A DNA stretch of 64,000 nucleotides from IMG/VR virus record IMGVR_UViG_3300031414_000005; one strand, 5' to 3'. Shown in pieces: positions 1-10,434 of the stretch. The translations under genes and the position numbers were made by a program. The notes under the pieces are model-generated. The model did no database searches and was not told where the DNA came from. It was given only the letters and a program-made list of their open reading frames with translations. Positions within the stretch are counted from its first letter, which is position 1. The number at the start of each line of letters is the position of its first letter. Source of the stretch: a virus (taxonomy: Duplodnaviria; Caudoviricetes).

Positions 1-448
1 GAATATACTGCTGGGCCTGAATAAGGTGCGAGGCATTGGAATCCGCTTCTTCTCCCACATCAATTAAGAACAGGCTGTCAGCAGTCGATAAGAATCCACT
101 GTAGGCATGTTCCGGAGGGTTGTCGGCGTACACCGGTTTTGACCCGTCGGTGGCAGTACCTAACCGACCGTCCACCGTGACACTGGGTGGGATGGTGGTG
201 AGCGCTGTGCGAGCGGGTGAGAAATGGGCAACAATCCGGTCAGTGAGATCTGTCCGGGGTGTTTTCATCATTTCAAAATCCGGCATCCTTACTGTGAGCT
301 GAGACGGATTGATTCGCGAATTCAGTTGGAGTGTCGACGATGCCTCCGCCACCGCCAGTGCTTGCGCCCCGGTCGGCACCGGCCGAGAACTGCAACTCAC
401 CGTTAAGAATACGCTCACGATAACTGCGACTTTTAGTAGTAATTTCAT
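1..448 (-). CDS. o-spanin (Rz1-like outer-membrane lipoprotein), partial; runs off the window start and is absent from the ORF track
   Basis: Manual translation from ATG at 448: MKLLLKVAVIVSVFLTVS-CSSRPVPTGAQ..., a lipoprotein signal with a lipobox-like Cys; open to base 1; starts inside the i-spanin in another frame. Confidence 0.75.
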   Translation of the reverse strand, partial: MKLLLKVAVIVSVFLTVSCSSRPVPTGAQALAVAEASSTLQLNSRINPSQLTVRMPDFEMMKTPRTDLTDRIVAHFSPARTALTTIPPSVTVDGRLGTATDGSKPVYADNPPEHAYSGFLSTADSLFLIDVGEEADSNASHLIQAQQYI

Positions 449-722
449 TTTTGCGGTCCTGCTGCTGCTTGTCGATTAATTCAGCGACCCGCTGCTGTTC
501 TTGTCCTATGTTACGGACCTTCTCATCGATGTTGCTGACTTGATTGCCCAGTGCTTTGAGTTGTGCAGACGACTGCTCGTTGAACTGCACCTGTGACTCC
601 AACGTCGCGGATGTGCGAATTGTCATGACACAGATGTAGATCAAGATGATCCCTGCGATCCCATAGAAAATGTATTTGCTGTTATTTTTTAATAACAAGC
701 CGATAATCTTCAGTAAGCCCAT
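273..722 (-). CDS. i-spanin (Rz-like inner-membrane spanin)
   Basis: N-terminal TM (YIFYGIAGIILIYICVM), Q/E-rich coiled-coil periplasmic region, overlapping lipoprotein ORF. Confidence 0.75.
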   Translation of the reverse strand: MGLLKIIGLLLKNNSKYIFYGIAGIILIYICVMTIRTSATLESQVQFNEQSSAQLKALGNQVSNIDEKVRNIGQEQQRVAELIDKQQQDRKNEITTKSRSYRERILNGELQFSAGADRGASTGGGGGIVDTPTEFANQSVSAHSKDAGF

Positions 723-730
723 ACAGTTAC

Positions 731-1960
731 CTATAAAGTGGAGAATTTCACCAGTGTACCTTTACTCTGCCGCCATTGATCGGAGTTCAGGGCGAAGTCG
801 AAAGCCGCGTCTGTTTCTTTCCAACCGGTGGTACGAACCAGGCTGGTGCGACTCTGCGCCACTCGGGTCAACAGCAAGTTTGCTTTCGTCGCGGGTTGGA
901 CGATGTATTCAGCAAACAAACCATTATCGAGCAGTAAAGGATGCGGGTGCTCATACGGCGACACAAACGTGTTCGGAATCCGGTAGGTTTCCGCCGGCTC
1001 TGTCTCCACCGTAATGTAAGGATTATCAAACACCACCCAGAACGACTGAGGGAGTTGAAGGTACGCTTTGTAAAACGCATCCGCAAGAAGGTTGGCGGTG
1101 GGGATCACATACGGGTACGCCGGGTCAATCCCTGTCGGGAGCGAGCGGGTATCGATGAATGCGCTGTCCTGGTAGTAACGGTTCACCCAATCAATGCGAC
1201 TGGTCTGAAGCTTCACCACTTGTTCCCCTACCACTTCCAGATTCACATCCTGGTAATACAGGATACCACCCACGACCAGGCCTACCGACTTACCGCTGAG
1301 CGGTACTGGGGCTTTCAGGTACACCGCGTCCTTATACGGAACGTTGTCCGGTGCCGGGAGGATATGTGCATCTTCTACGTTATACGTCTGTAGCGACGAC
1401 ACCTTTTCAAAAATGATTCCACCTAAATTGAAATCATTGGCAATGCGTGCAGATTGACACCCGTTCAGCAGGTACAGTCCGTTACTGGCCGCCGACTGAC
1501 GGTGTAGGTAGCCGTTGACGGTAAACAGCGCGTTCTTGGCAAGCTTCGGGTAATCCACATCTGCTTTGGTCAGCAACACATCGGGTGCATCACTGAAGAA
1601 CACCTCACGGTCTGGACTCTTGTTGCTGTCAGCCGGGGTGCTGTTGAACTTTTGGTACCGCATGTCAACCCAGGTGGCGTACTTGCGCACCAGGTTCGGG
1701 AGCTGGGTAGTGGTGGGTAACGCACGCGCACCCAGTTGCGCTAACCAGTCCTTCAGCGTCAGCTTGACGGATTGCAGTTCATTGAACCAGTCCTGTAAAC
1801 GAAAGACAAACTGCCCCTTGACAAAGCTGTTGGTCACGATGATGTCATTTGAAAAATAAGTTTGCAGTATCTGATTGACCGGCAGATTGGAAATGTCGTC
1901 GGTGACTTTTCCGGTGTTACTGCCGTACGGGATCGACACGCAAGCGACGTATGTGTACAT
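731..1960 (-). CDS. putative virion structural protein (phiKZ-like phage)
   Basis: Long ORF; start moved to MYTYVAC (ATG at 1960) because AGAGG precedes it; divergent from the tail genes; function from context only. Confidence 0.55.
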   Translation of the reverse strand: MYTYVACVSIPYGSNTGKVTDDISNLPVNQILQTYFSNDIIVTNSFVKGQFVFRLQDWFNELQSVKLTLKDWLAQLGARALPTTTQLPNLVRKYATWVDMRYQKFNSTPADSNKSPDREVFFSDAPDVLLTKADVDYPKLAKNALFTVNGYLHRQSAASNGLYLLNGCQSARIANDFNLGGIIFEKVSSLQTYNVEDAHILPAPDNVPYKDAVYLKAPVPLSGKSVGLVVGGILYYQDVNLEVVGEQVVKLQTSRIDWVNRYYQDSAFIDTRSLPTGIDPAYPYVIPTANLLADAFYKAYLQLPQSFWVVFDNPYITVETEPAETYRIPNTFVSPYEHPHPLLLDNGLFAEYIVQPATKANLLLTRVAQSRTSLVRTTGWKETDAAFDFALNSDQWRQSKGTLVKFSTL

Positions 1961-2024
1961 GGCGTTTCCTCTCTTTATCCTATAGGATTCAATAACGAAC
2001 CCCTTATCGATAAAGGCCATTATC

Positions 2025-2759
2025 ATGAGTGATATCAGTTATCCATTTAACCCGTGGGGAGATCTTGAGGACGCTCATGTCTCCGGCGAGGTACAAACCC
2101 TGACCCCGGCGCAGGGGAAGAACTACGTGACGATCTATCCTCGCGCTGCCCCCTTCCATTCATTGAGCATGAAAATCAAGGTGAAAGGCCAGAACAGCTA
2201 CCTGATTAAGGGGCAAGACTGGATCCCGAGTAACTTCTACAACGGTTTCACCCGTAATTTCAAAGTCGGTATTTTCGGCAGTGTCACGTTCCTGAACATC
2301 GATGCCCCGAAAGACGTGGAACTGGAATACGACACGGTGGGTGGTGAGTTTGTGTTGGACGATCAGGCGTACGCGACCCTGGTGGCTAACCTGCTGACCA
2401 ATGACCGTTATATCGACTGGTCGCAGATCGTTGATGCCCCAACTGAGTACCCACCGGCTCCGCATGCACACCCGGCTGGCGACACCTACAACTACGGTGA
2501 CTTCATCGAGGTGATGACCGGGATCTGGCAGGCGACGTCAGGCGGCACTGACGACTTGGTCAAAGCACTGCAAGACCATATCGATGCAGAGGGTACTGCT
2601 GCCCACCCTTATACCAAAGATGACGTGGGTCTGGGGAACGTCGACAACTTTGCGACGGCCACACCCGATGATCTGAAAGGGTCTGGTCAGCTGTTCATGA
2701 CGCTGGACATGGTAAAGACCTTGATGCGTCAAGTTGCCAACGGCACTATCACCCTCTGA
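2025..2759 (+). CDS. virion baseplate/tail-associated protein, paralog of the N-terminus of 2781-6227
   Basis: Shares DW..I...P..YPP.PH.H and TK..VGLG.VDN.ATAT motifs with the next gene. Confidence 0.7.
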   Translation: MSDISYPFNPWGDLEDAHVSGEVQTLTPAQGKNYVTIYPRAAPFHSLSMKIKVKGQNSYLIKGQDWIPSNFYNGFTRNFKVGIFGSVTFLNIDAPKDVELEYDTVGGEFVLDDQAYATLVANLLTNDRYIDWSQIVDAPTEYPPAPHAHPAGDTYNYGDFIEVMTGIWQATSGGTDDLVKALQDHIDAEGTAAHPYTKDDVGLGNVDNFATATPDDLKGSGQLFMTLDMVKTLMRQVANGTITL

Positions 2760-2780
2760 GTGAAGGGAGTTTAACTTACA

Positions 2781-5700
2781 ATGAGCGAACCACAAGTCAA
2801 GCTCTTTAAGTTCGACGTGACTGGGGTGGATCCTCAGAACCTGGTGGACGGGGAACCGCACACCATCGCATCGGGCAAGAAAGACAAAATGATTGTGCCG
2901 TTCCACGGTCCGTTCTACGCCCGGAGTGTGAAGATCACCCAGGCCGATGGCACGCCGCTGAAAAAAGGCACAGATTTCCAGACCACGTATCTCTACCCGG
3001 AGTTGTCAGCCCGCACCGGCAAACCGGTCACGTCCTTTATTCGTATCCTGAACCTGGAACTCAGCGGTCAGCTGCGGATCACGTACCAGGTGGTGGGTGA
3101 AGGTACGATTACTGGCTCACAAGCGTTCCTGGATATGCTGACAGCGATTCAGAACGATGAGCGTCCGGTGAACTGGGACAACATCTTTAACAAACCGGCG
3201 ACCTTCCCCCCGTCACCGCATCAGCATGACATTGCGTATGAAACCTACAACTGGGGTGGGTTGATCGATGTGTTCTCCACCTGGCAAGGGGCAATGACCC
3301 GGCGCTCCTTAGTGGACACCGGTGATCTGTATGCCCGTCTGCGAAATGTGGACGGCATCCTGCGTCAGAAAGTCGAGGATGTGCGCAGCTATATGCAGGC
3401 CCACTTCCAGAACTACAACAACCCGCACTTTGATACCAAGGAAACAGTTGGCTTGGGTCTGGTGGACAACTATGCCACGGCGACCAATGAGCAGGCGATC
3501 CAGGGTACTCGTACCGACCTGCTGTTAACCCCGGGTGCAGCAACGGCATTGATCAACAGTCGCGTGGGTGGCTCCGACAGTAACTTCGTGCACCAGGGGC
3601 ATCTGCGTATTTCACAGTACGGTACGTTGAACTACTTGCCAGCGGGCGTCAACGGCTCGTATGAAGGCGCAGGTGGGGTTATCGGGTACGACTCAGCTCG
3701 TAACGCGTTGATTGAACCTGATGGCTCTCTGGTGGGTTTACGGGCGGGGAACAACGGGGTGGATCAGGGGTTGTATTACTTCCATCTCCCCAGTGCGAAG
3801 AAAATCTCTGAAGGTACGCCGATTCGCACGAACTACAAATACCAACCGCCAGCATTAAACGGGGATACCCCGATTCTGATGTCGAGCGGGGATACCTGGT
3901 CAGCCATGATGGTGCTGGGGAAATCCGGTAAGTATTATGCGATCTCCACCAACCGCACACTGGATCAAACCCGTCATGACATGGCGCAGATCACCAACAT
4001 TGCGGATGTGGCATTGACACGGCGGTTCACCACCACCTATGTCAAAGTTATCGGAGCGACCTGGTTCCTGTTCAATATCAAAGACACCACATACAACACA
4101 CCGTTCGACATTGAGATCTGGTCGGCACCGGTAGCGTCAATCAAAGCCAATGCTACGGTTACCCTGACCAAAGTCACCGGGATCAAAACCACGGATGTGT
4201 ACAACACCCAGGTGACAGCGGACGCCATTCGCCTGGCGGGTCGTAAATCCTCAAACGCCGCCGGTGATAACCCGTTGGTGTTAGGGACTGGGGATGTGCT
4301 GTATGTAGATGGCCCGGTTACCCATCAAGAAATGACGATTGCCAGCAACCCGAATAACGCCAACCAAATTGTGTTACTGGTGACGTTTAACGTGCGCTGT
4401 GCATCAAAAGGCGGTGGGGGTGAAAACCTGCAATTCGCCGGGTATGCGATCGATTACGACTTCTCCACGAAGTTAGCCGCTATCGCCAATAACCCAGGGC
4501 GTATTGAGTTTAAAGCTGTCACCAACAAGCTTCCAACCATTGTTAATAAAGGTGGCATTTTCACCGGACAGGGGGTGGAGTTGTTTGGCGGGACTTATGG
4601 CCTGGCGGGGAACCCGTTTGCGTTCTATGCCGAAGACGGGTTTGTGGCCCTGATTCAGCAAGGGCAGCAAGTGGATGAGGGGGTGCAGTTCACTACCGGA
4701 ACGGTAACCAATTTCACCACCTTGTACGCCAGCCTGCGCAATCCGTACGCCCGACTGTTCCGGGCAAACATCCCGGTGACCACCGATCCAAATGTCTTTG
4801 GTTCCAACATCGGCAACAACCTGAGCCGTCCAGTGTTCTTCAGCAAGTCGCTGATGTATTGTATCTCCAATAACAACCGGAACAACTATTCTGCTGTCCT
4901 GGTAGAACAGACCGGTGGGTACAAGGACTACACCTACAACGTGCTGAACGTCGGGAACATCCCGGGCTTCAAACCCACCAGTGGACGGCGCAATTCTGAT
5001 TTCACTCAGGGTGTGCAGTTGATTGTGGAAAGCAATGCCGCAGGTACGGTTCGAGTGGACGGGTCGGTAATGCGCAACTACGTGTCGAACTACGGCGGGG
5101 AAACCAGCCAGTCAGCACCGGTTACCATTAACGCCGTATTGGGTGACGACGGCGTGTACCACCGTCAGGACAGCGGGTCGATTACCTGGGACAACACCGA
5201 ACTCACCACTTTCGCACGCAATGCCTTGGCAAGCCTTGGCATGGCCACCATTGCGGATGTGCGGGTTACGGTGTTTGTGCCTCAGAACCCCGACCTGCCC
5301 TTGATCGCCTTTGTGATGTCGGTGTCAGCCATTGACAGTGCCACGGGTTTATTCACCCAGGGCACGGTGGTGTGTGAGATGAACTACACAGGTGCCCGCA
5401 ACACCGGCAAGATCACCGGTTACAGTGTGGGTAAACTGTTGTGGTCGCTGAAAGACACTGATCAGCTGAATGAAGGCCGGTTTGGTAACGACAACAACTA
5501 TGCACCGCCCATGGGGATCTGGAAGACCGCAGCCGGGGATTACCTGCTTGGCTTCTCACACCAGATCTATTATCGCCTGAGCGGCACCTCAATGAACTAC
5601 CGCTTCCGTATGGCGGTACCTGCGGGGACCAAGTCGGTGGATGCGTCCACGGTGGTGCAAGAGCGTCAGTTTACCTATATCGGTGGTACCAACAAGGATG

Positions 5701-6227
5701 TGTTCCCGTTACCGGGGGTGGGTTTGTGCGCACTCAACTACGACGACAATAACGCGAGTTATTTCTCGAACCTGATTGCCGATGTCAAAGCTACCACCCT
5801 GGCCGAGTTTAAAACCTGGGCCACGAAGGAAACGGTGAACCTGGTATCCCAGCAAGTTGAACAGGGGATGATCGTGTACTTCACGGAAGAAACCCGTTGC
5901 TTCATGGCGGGGGCAGAATGGACCTTACCGGTGGGAAGCATCGACTTGCGCAATGTGGTCGCGGATCCCACCAACAAGACGTTCTACCTGTATGTCCAGC
6001 TGGATCAAACCGGTGTCTCTTATTTACTGTCACAAACCGAGATCCTGGAGTCGTTGTCGGTGATGCAGATTGGGGTCATCAAAACCAATGGCACCCAGAT
6101 CAGTTCAATCGCGGTGGAGAAACCTACCCTGATTGACGGCTACCGTATCTCTGCCACCCGTCGTGGTTCAGCCATCCCAGTGTCAACTGGTTCGGTTAAC
6201 GGCCCGGGTAATTTCGCGTGGCAATAA
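2781..6227 (+). CDS. large baseplate/tail-fibre protein (phiKZ gp131-like family)
   Basis: 1148 aa, beta-rich; NPH..TKETVGLG.VDNYATAT fibre motif; C-terminal ~125 aa homologous to the next gene. Confidence 0.7.
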   Translation: MSEPQVKLFKFDVTGVDPQNLVDGEPHTIASGKKDKMIVPFHGPFYARSVKITQADGTPLKKGTDFQTTYLYPELSARTGKPVTSFIRILNLELSGQLRITYQVVGEGTITGSQAFLDMLTAIQNDERPVNWDNIFNKPATFPPSPHQHDIAYETYNWGGLIDVFSTWQGAMTRRSLVDTGDLYARLRNVDGILRQKVEDVRSYMQAHFQNYNNPHFDTKETVGLGLVDNYATATNEQAIQGTRTDLLLTPGAATALINSRVGGSDSNFVHQGHLRISQYGTLNYLPAGVNGSYEGAGGVIGYDSARNALIEPDGSLVGLRAGNNGVDQGLYYFHLPSAKKISEGTPIRTNYKYQPPALNGDTPILMSSGDTWSAMMVLGKSGKYYAISTNRTLDQTRHDMAQITNIADVALTRRFTTTYVKVIGATWFLFNIKDTTYNTPFDIEIWSAPVASIKANATVTLTKVTGIKTTDVYNTQVTADAIRLAGRKSSNAAGDNPLVLGTGDVLYVDGPVTHQEMTIASNPNNANQIVLLVTFNVRCASKGGGGENLQFAGYAIDYDFSTKLAAIANNPGRIEFKAVTNKLPTIVNKGGIFTGQGVELFGGTYGLAGNPFAFYAEDGFVALIQQGQQVDEGVQFTTGTVTNFTTLYASLRNPYARLFRANIPVTTDPNVFGSNIGNNLSRPVFFSKSLMYCISNNNRNNYSAVLVEQTGGYKDYTYNVLNVGNIPGFKPTSGRRNSDFTQGVQLIVESNAAGTVRVDGSVMRNYVSNYGGETSQSAPVTINAVLGDDGVYHRQDSGSITWDNTELTTFARNALASLGMATIADVRVTVFVPQNPDLPLIAFVMSVSAIDSATGLFTQGTVVCEMNYTGARNTGKITGYSVGKLLWSLKDTDQLNEGRFGNDNNYAPPMGIWKTAAGDYLLGFSHQIYYRLSGTSMNYRFRMAVPAGTKSVDASTVVQERQFTYIGGTNKDVFPLPGVGLCALNYDDNNASYFSNLIADVKATTLAEFKTWATKETVNLVSQQVEQGMIVYFTEETRCFMAGAEWTLPVGSIDLRNVVADPTNKTFYLYVQLDQTGVSYLLSQTEILESLSVMQIGVIKTNGTQISSIAVEKPTLIDGYRISATRRGSAIPVSTGSVNGPGNFAWQ

Positions 6228-6240
6228 CTGTGTAAATATA

Positions 6241-6268
6241 GGTGGGGGTAACACCCCACCTTTCTTTT
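6241..6268 (+). terminator. intrinsic terminator
   Basis: GGTGGGG-GTAACA-CCCCACC then TTTCTTTT. Confidence 0.75.
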
Positions 6269-6285
6269 GATTGGAGTAGAACTTC

Positions 6286-9200
6286 ATGAGACTCGTTGAT
6301 AACGACACCATCAGCCCGATTGAAGAAGACAACGGGTCCTGGGGCGATGTGTTAGCAACTGTGGTGGGATTGACTCAAGCGGATATCCTCCTGGCAGTTG
6401 ATCGCGTTGACGGCGCTGACCGGGCACTCACCGCGTTATCCCAAAACATCACTACATTGGTTAACCAGATTAAACAGGAGTGGGATACCCACACGGCATC
6501 CACCTTCGGGACTGAACACCGCACCACCAAAGATGTCATTGGTCTGTGGCGTAAAGACGCGTTTGCTACCGCAACCGATGTCGAAGCCGCGTTAGGGCAA
6601 GCCAATGACAAGTTCATCACCGTGGCCCAGATGACCAGCCTGGTGAACGCAGCCATTGCCCGCACCAACCGCAACATCGTGAAACAGGGTATTTTACCGA
6701 TTTCCTATATTGGGGATCTCGGTTATTTATTGCTCGGGGTCTACGGCTCCTATGAAGGTGCCAGTATGATCGAAACCTGGGACCGCATGAAACTCTCGAT
6801 CGAACGCGGGGGTACTTTGATCCGTCTGCGTCCGGGGACCAACGGGGAATCCCTGGGGTTGTATTACGACTCGATTGCGGGCTTTGTCTCCAACCCGATG
6901 ACAGCTGAGTTGATCAACACCAACCAGAAATACGTCTGCCCCCAGTTCCCGGCGGATTGGGAACCTACCCGGTTGTTCGCCAGCGACGGTGAAGTGATGG
7001 GTGGGGTGATGTGTCAGAAATCGGCATACCCCAACCTGGTGTCAAAGGCGTTTGTCTGCCTAACCTACGGCACCCTGGATGGTACCAAGCACGACATGGC
7101 AGAGATCCTCAACCCATTCTTCCTCGCCAATGACGGCACCACCCAGAAGAACTTCAGCGCCAGCAGTACCTACCTCAAATTGATTGGGGATCGGGTGTAT
7201 ATTTTCCAACGACAGGTTATTCGTGACAACATGCAGATGGTTAACGGGGCTGACACCATCGCCCCGTCACCGTTTGAGATCGCTATTGCGTACCTGAACG
7301 TCGCCGACATCAAAGCCAATGCCACGGTCACCCCGACGGTGTTAACCAACTGGACCAGTACCAGTTACGGCAAAACCCGGACAGGACGCAACCTGACCCT
7401 CAATGCGCGTTTAGTGGGGCGAACCGGCACGGACTCGTTGGTCTATTACGACGGAGCACAAACCATCACCGCCACCCTGCGTCCGTTCTGTGGGGGTGCC
7501 TGGTCAATTGGGGTGTTGAATGCAGCCGGTACTCAGTTGGGGTTCAATTTCCTCGATACCTTCAACATTGATGGATTGGGGAGCTCCTCGGTATTGGGCG
7601 GCACCTGGGCCATGATCGTGGACCTGAATGCCAAAACTGCCACGGAAACATACGCACACACCCCGTACCCGGCAACCGATAAAGACCCGAGTGTCGGTAC
7701 GATCAATGTGGGTAATAGCAATGGCGGGAAAATCACCACCAACACCCTGACCGGCGACAACCTTTCTGGTGACGTGCACAACTCCAACCTGATTGCCCCG
7801 TCCGGGCATTCGATCGTGTCTAAGCGTACCCAGGCCGCCAACTTTGGGATGCAGTTTTTGGTGTACACCATCAAAGGTATGCCGGACGTTGAAACCTATA
7901 AAGCCCGCCCCTGGCTGTACGACAAAACCACTATTCGCGCACAATCAGACGCCACTGCCTACGGTACCCCCGCCCGTGGTAACATCCGCAGTCCGATCCT
8001 GTTCCCGAACAATGTGATGTCGTTTTTCACCATGCCACTCAGTGGGGTTGGTGCATCGGTGATGAGTTACACCCCGATCGACAATGACTTCACTCACACG
8101 TATAAATTGTTGGGTGTGGGTAATGTCCCGGGGTTTGAACCCAAGGCCAATCGGCAGAACAGTGCGGTGGATGCACCGTGGCGAGAGGTGATGACCGAGA
8201 TCAACGGGAGTGCGGTGATCGCCCATTGCCAGTGCTTGTCAACCCAAAACCCAACAGGCCCCACCGACATTGGGCCGAACATGGTAACCTCGGGGTCGAT
8301 GAGTGTGGCGCTGGCCGAGTTGAACACCCAGGCCCAGCGGTTGATTGCTGCGTCGGGACGCACGGTGTTGAAATACGCGGCGATGCTGTTTGTGCCACGG
8401 GACACCGGGATTCCATTGATCCTGAAACTGATTGGGTACGAGAAGGCCGATGCCAGAGGGGTGCAAAACACCTTTATTGCTGCGGCAACCTGTACTTACG
8501 GCGGGAGTCGCACTGCCGCCACTATCACCAACTGGCAGGCCCGTACGGATGACCTGGTGGTGGACTCAGTTGATTATGCGTGTACTGACCTGATCTGGCG
8601 TAATCGCCACATGGGGTTCATCTCTTACAAGATCGATGGAGGGTACCTGTTGTGTGTGACCGGGTTCCATTGTTCGGTGAACATTGGCCCCTCGAACTCC
8701 GCCTGGCCGAGTTTCTTTAAGTACACCACCGCCACGGGTAAGATTTCGGACAGCCCACACAAAACCTGGAACATGTCACCGTACGACGACCTGTTAGCAC
8801 GCACCCCCTTTGCGCTGCCTAACCGGGGTTTCTACATCACGGACGACAACGACACGGCCGGTATTCGGGACACCAATTTCCCGATGTTGTCACCCACTTT
8901 ACCTGACACCATCCTGGCACGTCCAGTGGGGACCGGGACCGACATTAACACTCTGGCTGCCTGGGACACCAATCTGGGTTCTCCGGTCGTGTTGCTGTCA
9001 CAAACGGTGGAGCAAGGGTTTGTGGTCTATTTCACCCAACGGACCAACCTGTTTATGGCCGGTAATGAATACATTATCGAACAGACCCAGATTGACCTGC
9101 GGAGTGTCACGGCAGACCCGACCAACAAGACGTTCTATGTCTGCGTCAAGTTGACGGACCTCGGGCCGAAGTACACCATCACCCTGGAGGAGCAAGCGGA

Positions 9201-9390
9201 TTCTATCTGGAACATGCAGATCGGGATCATCAAAACCAATGCCACGCAGATTGCCACGATTCAAACCGAGAAACCGGTATTGATTGGCGGGTTCTACCGT
9301 TTGTCACCTACACAACGTGGGTCGGCTGTGCCTGTTTCTACAGGCTCGGTTAACACCAGCGGGAACATGCTTTGGACCCAGCTGGATTAA
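6286..9390 (+). CDS. large baseplate/tail-fibre protein, paralog of 2781-6227
   Basis: Shared G.YEGA..., L..LRPG.NG...GLYY and C-terminal SQ.VEQG..VYFT...DPTNKTFY...RGSA.PVSTGSVN motifs. Confidence 0.7.
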   Translation: MRLVDNDTISPIEEDNGSWGDVLATVVGLTQADILLAVDRVDGADRALTALSQNITTLVNQIKQEWDTHTASTFGTEHRTTKDVIGLWRKDAFATATDVEAALGQANDKFITVAQMTSLVNAAIARTNRNIVKQGILPISYIGDLGYLLLGVYGSYEGASMIETWDRMKLSIERGGTLIRLRPGTNGESLGLYYDSIAGFVSNPMTAELINTNQKYVCPQFPADWEPTRLFASDGEVMGGVMCQKSAYPNLVSKAFVCLTYGTLDGTKHDMAEILNPFFLANDGTTQKNFSASSTYLKLIGDRVYIFQRQVIRDNMQMVNGADTIAPSPFEIAIAYLNVADIKANATVTPTVLTNWTSTSYGKTRTGRNLTLNARLVGRTGTDSLVYYDGAQTITATLRPFCGGAWSIGVLNAAGTQLGFNFLDTFNIDGLGSSSVLGGTWAMIVDLNAKTATETYAHTPYPATDKDPSVGTINVGNSNGGKITTNTLTGDNLSGDVHNSNLIAPSGHSIVSKRTQAANFGMQFLVYTIKGMPDVETYKARPWLYDKTTIRAQSDATAYGTPARGNIRSPILFPNNVMSFFTMPLSGVGASVMSYTPIDNDFTHTYKLLGVGNVPGFEPKANRQNSAVDAPWREVMTEINGSAVIAHCQCLSTQNPTGPTDIGPNMVTSGSMSVALAELNTQAQRLIAASGRTVLKYAAMLFVPRDTGIPLILKLIGYEKADARGVQNTFIAAATCTYGGSRTAATITNWQARTDDLVVDSVDYACTDLIWRNRHMGFISYKIDGGYLLCVTGFHCSVNIGPSNSAWPSFFKYTTATGKISDSPHKTWNMSPYDDLLARTPFALPNRGFYITDDNDTAGIRDTNFPMLSPTLPDTILARPVGTGTDINTLAAWDTNLGSPVVLLSQTVEQGFVVYFTQRTNLFMAGNEYIIEQTQIDLRSVTADPTNKTFYVCVKLTDLGPKYTITLEEQADSIWNMQIGIIKTNATQIATIQTEKPVLIGGFYRLSPTQRGSAVPVSTGSVNTSGNMLWTQLD

Positions 9391-9402
9391 CTCGCTTAAA
9401 GC

Positions 9403-9429
9403 GGAGAGGGCTCGCGCCCTCTCCCTTTT
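9403..9429. terminator. terminator between convergent genes, probably bidirectional
   Basis: GGAGAGGGC-TCGC-GCCCTCTCC then CTTTT; TTAAAG on the other side. Confidence 0.8.
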
Positions 9430-9436
9430 CATGCGT

Positions 9437-10378
9437 TTATACGGGGACGTCTGATTTGTCCCCACCACTTTTCACACCGGGATGGACGTGCGTGCCAAAC
9501 TCAATTCCGCCGATCAACGCCCCACCTTGGAAAACAGCGTGTCCGGTGGAGTCAATGTCTCCCTTATGACGGATGTCACCTGTGATGTCAAACCCACCCG
9601 TGGATGTCCAGTTCGAGGACTTGGCTTTGTAGACCACGTTCTCGGCTTCAATCGTCAGGTTCTTGGTGGCGATCTTGATGGCCTTCAGCGCCTGGATCAA
9701 CATGTTCTCGGTGCAACCCAGCATGATGTTCTTTTTGTCGATACGGATATACGACTTATCCCCGTTGACCATCTGCATGATGCGTTGCATGAAGTCAATG
9801 GCAAACGAGTTGTTCGCATCGTCACCAATCGCAAAGGTTCCCGCCCCAAAGTCCACTTTAGCCGTGAAGCGGATTTTCTCCCCGTTGGCTTTGGAGTTGG
9901 TGAACATCAGGTGTTTCTTGTGCGAGGACCATTCCATGAAGTACATCGAGTTGATGTCCGGGGTCACGTTCTCACCGGTTTCGGGTGACCCACTCAATCC
10001 GATGATCACCGTTTCCAACCGACGCAGTCCGTCGTCCAGGCCGGTGGTGGTCCAGTAGTATTTGTCCTGATCCCCCCAGCGGTACACCAGTACGCGTTCC
10101 CCTACCACCACGTTAGGTGGGGTGATGCGGTTGCTTCCCCCGACACCCGGGAACCAGGTGCACACGATGCTGTTGTTCTGCATGGTCTGGCTTTGGCGCC
10201 CTGACCCGTTCGCGTCCTTCCCGGTGTACTGGACAACTTTTGGGTCCGCTTTGATTTCACCTGAAGCCATCCCCGAGTACTCGCCCAGGAACACCGTGGC
10301 CTCTTTGGAGTTGTTCTGTTTAACCGCGGAAATGGTGCCCGTGGCAAAGGGCTGAAAAACACAGGCAACGTTGTTCAT
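9437..10378 (-). CDS. baseplate central spike / puncturing protein (gpV/gp138-like)
   Basis: N-terminal OB-like region, beta-helix-like middle, C-terminal HVHPGVKSGG HxH apex motif. Confidence 0.8.
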   Translation of the reverse strand: MNNVACVFQPFATGTISAVKQNNSKEATVFLGEYSGMASGEIKADPKVVQYTGKDANGSGRQSQTMQNNSIVCTWFPGVGGSNRITPPNVVVGERVLVYRWGDQDKYYWTTTGLDDGLRRLETVIIGLSGSPETGENVTPDINSMYFMEWSSHKKHLMFTNSKANGEKIRFTAKVDFGAGTFAIGDDANNSFAIDFMQRIMQMVNGDKSYIRIDKKNIMLGCTENMLIQALKAIKIATKNLTIEAENVVYKAKSSNWTSTGGFDITGDIRHKGDIDSTGHAVFQGGALIGGIEFGTHVHPGVKSGGDKSDVPV

Positions 10379-10434
10379 ATTTTTATACTCAGGGTTGGAT
10401 AGTATATGTGCACGACTAACAATGGAAAGCCAGA

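Noticed and set aside
1961-2026. ORF-track start at 2026 for the minus-strand 431-aa gene
   Set aside because: It would overlap the divergent gene start at 2025 and leave no promoter space; the RBS supports ATG 1960
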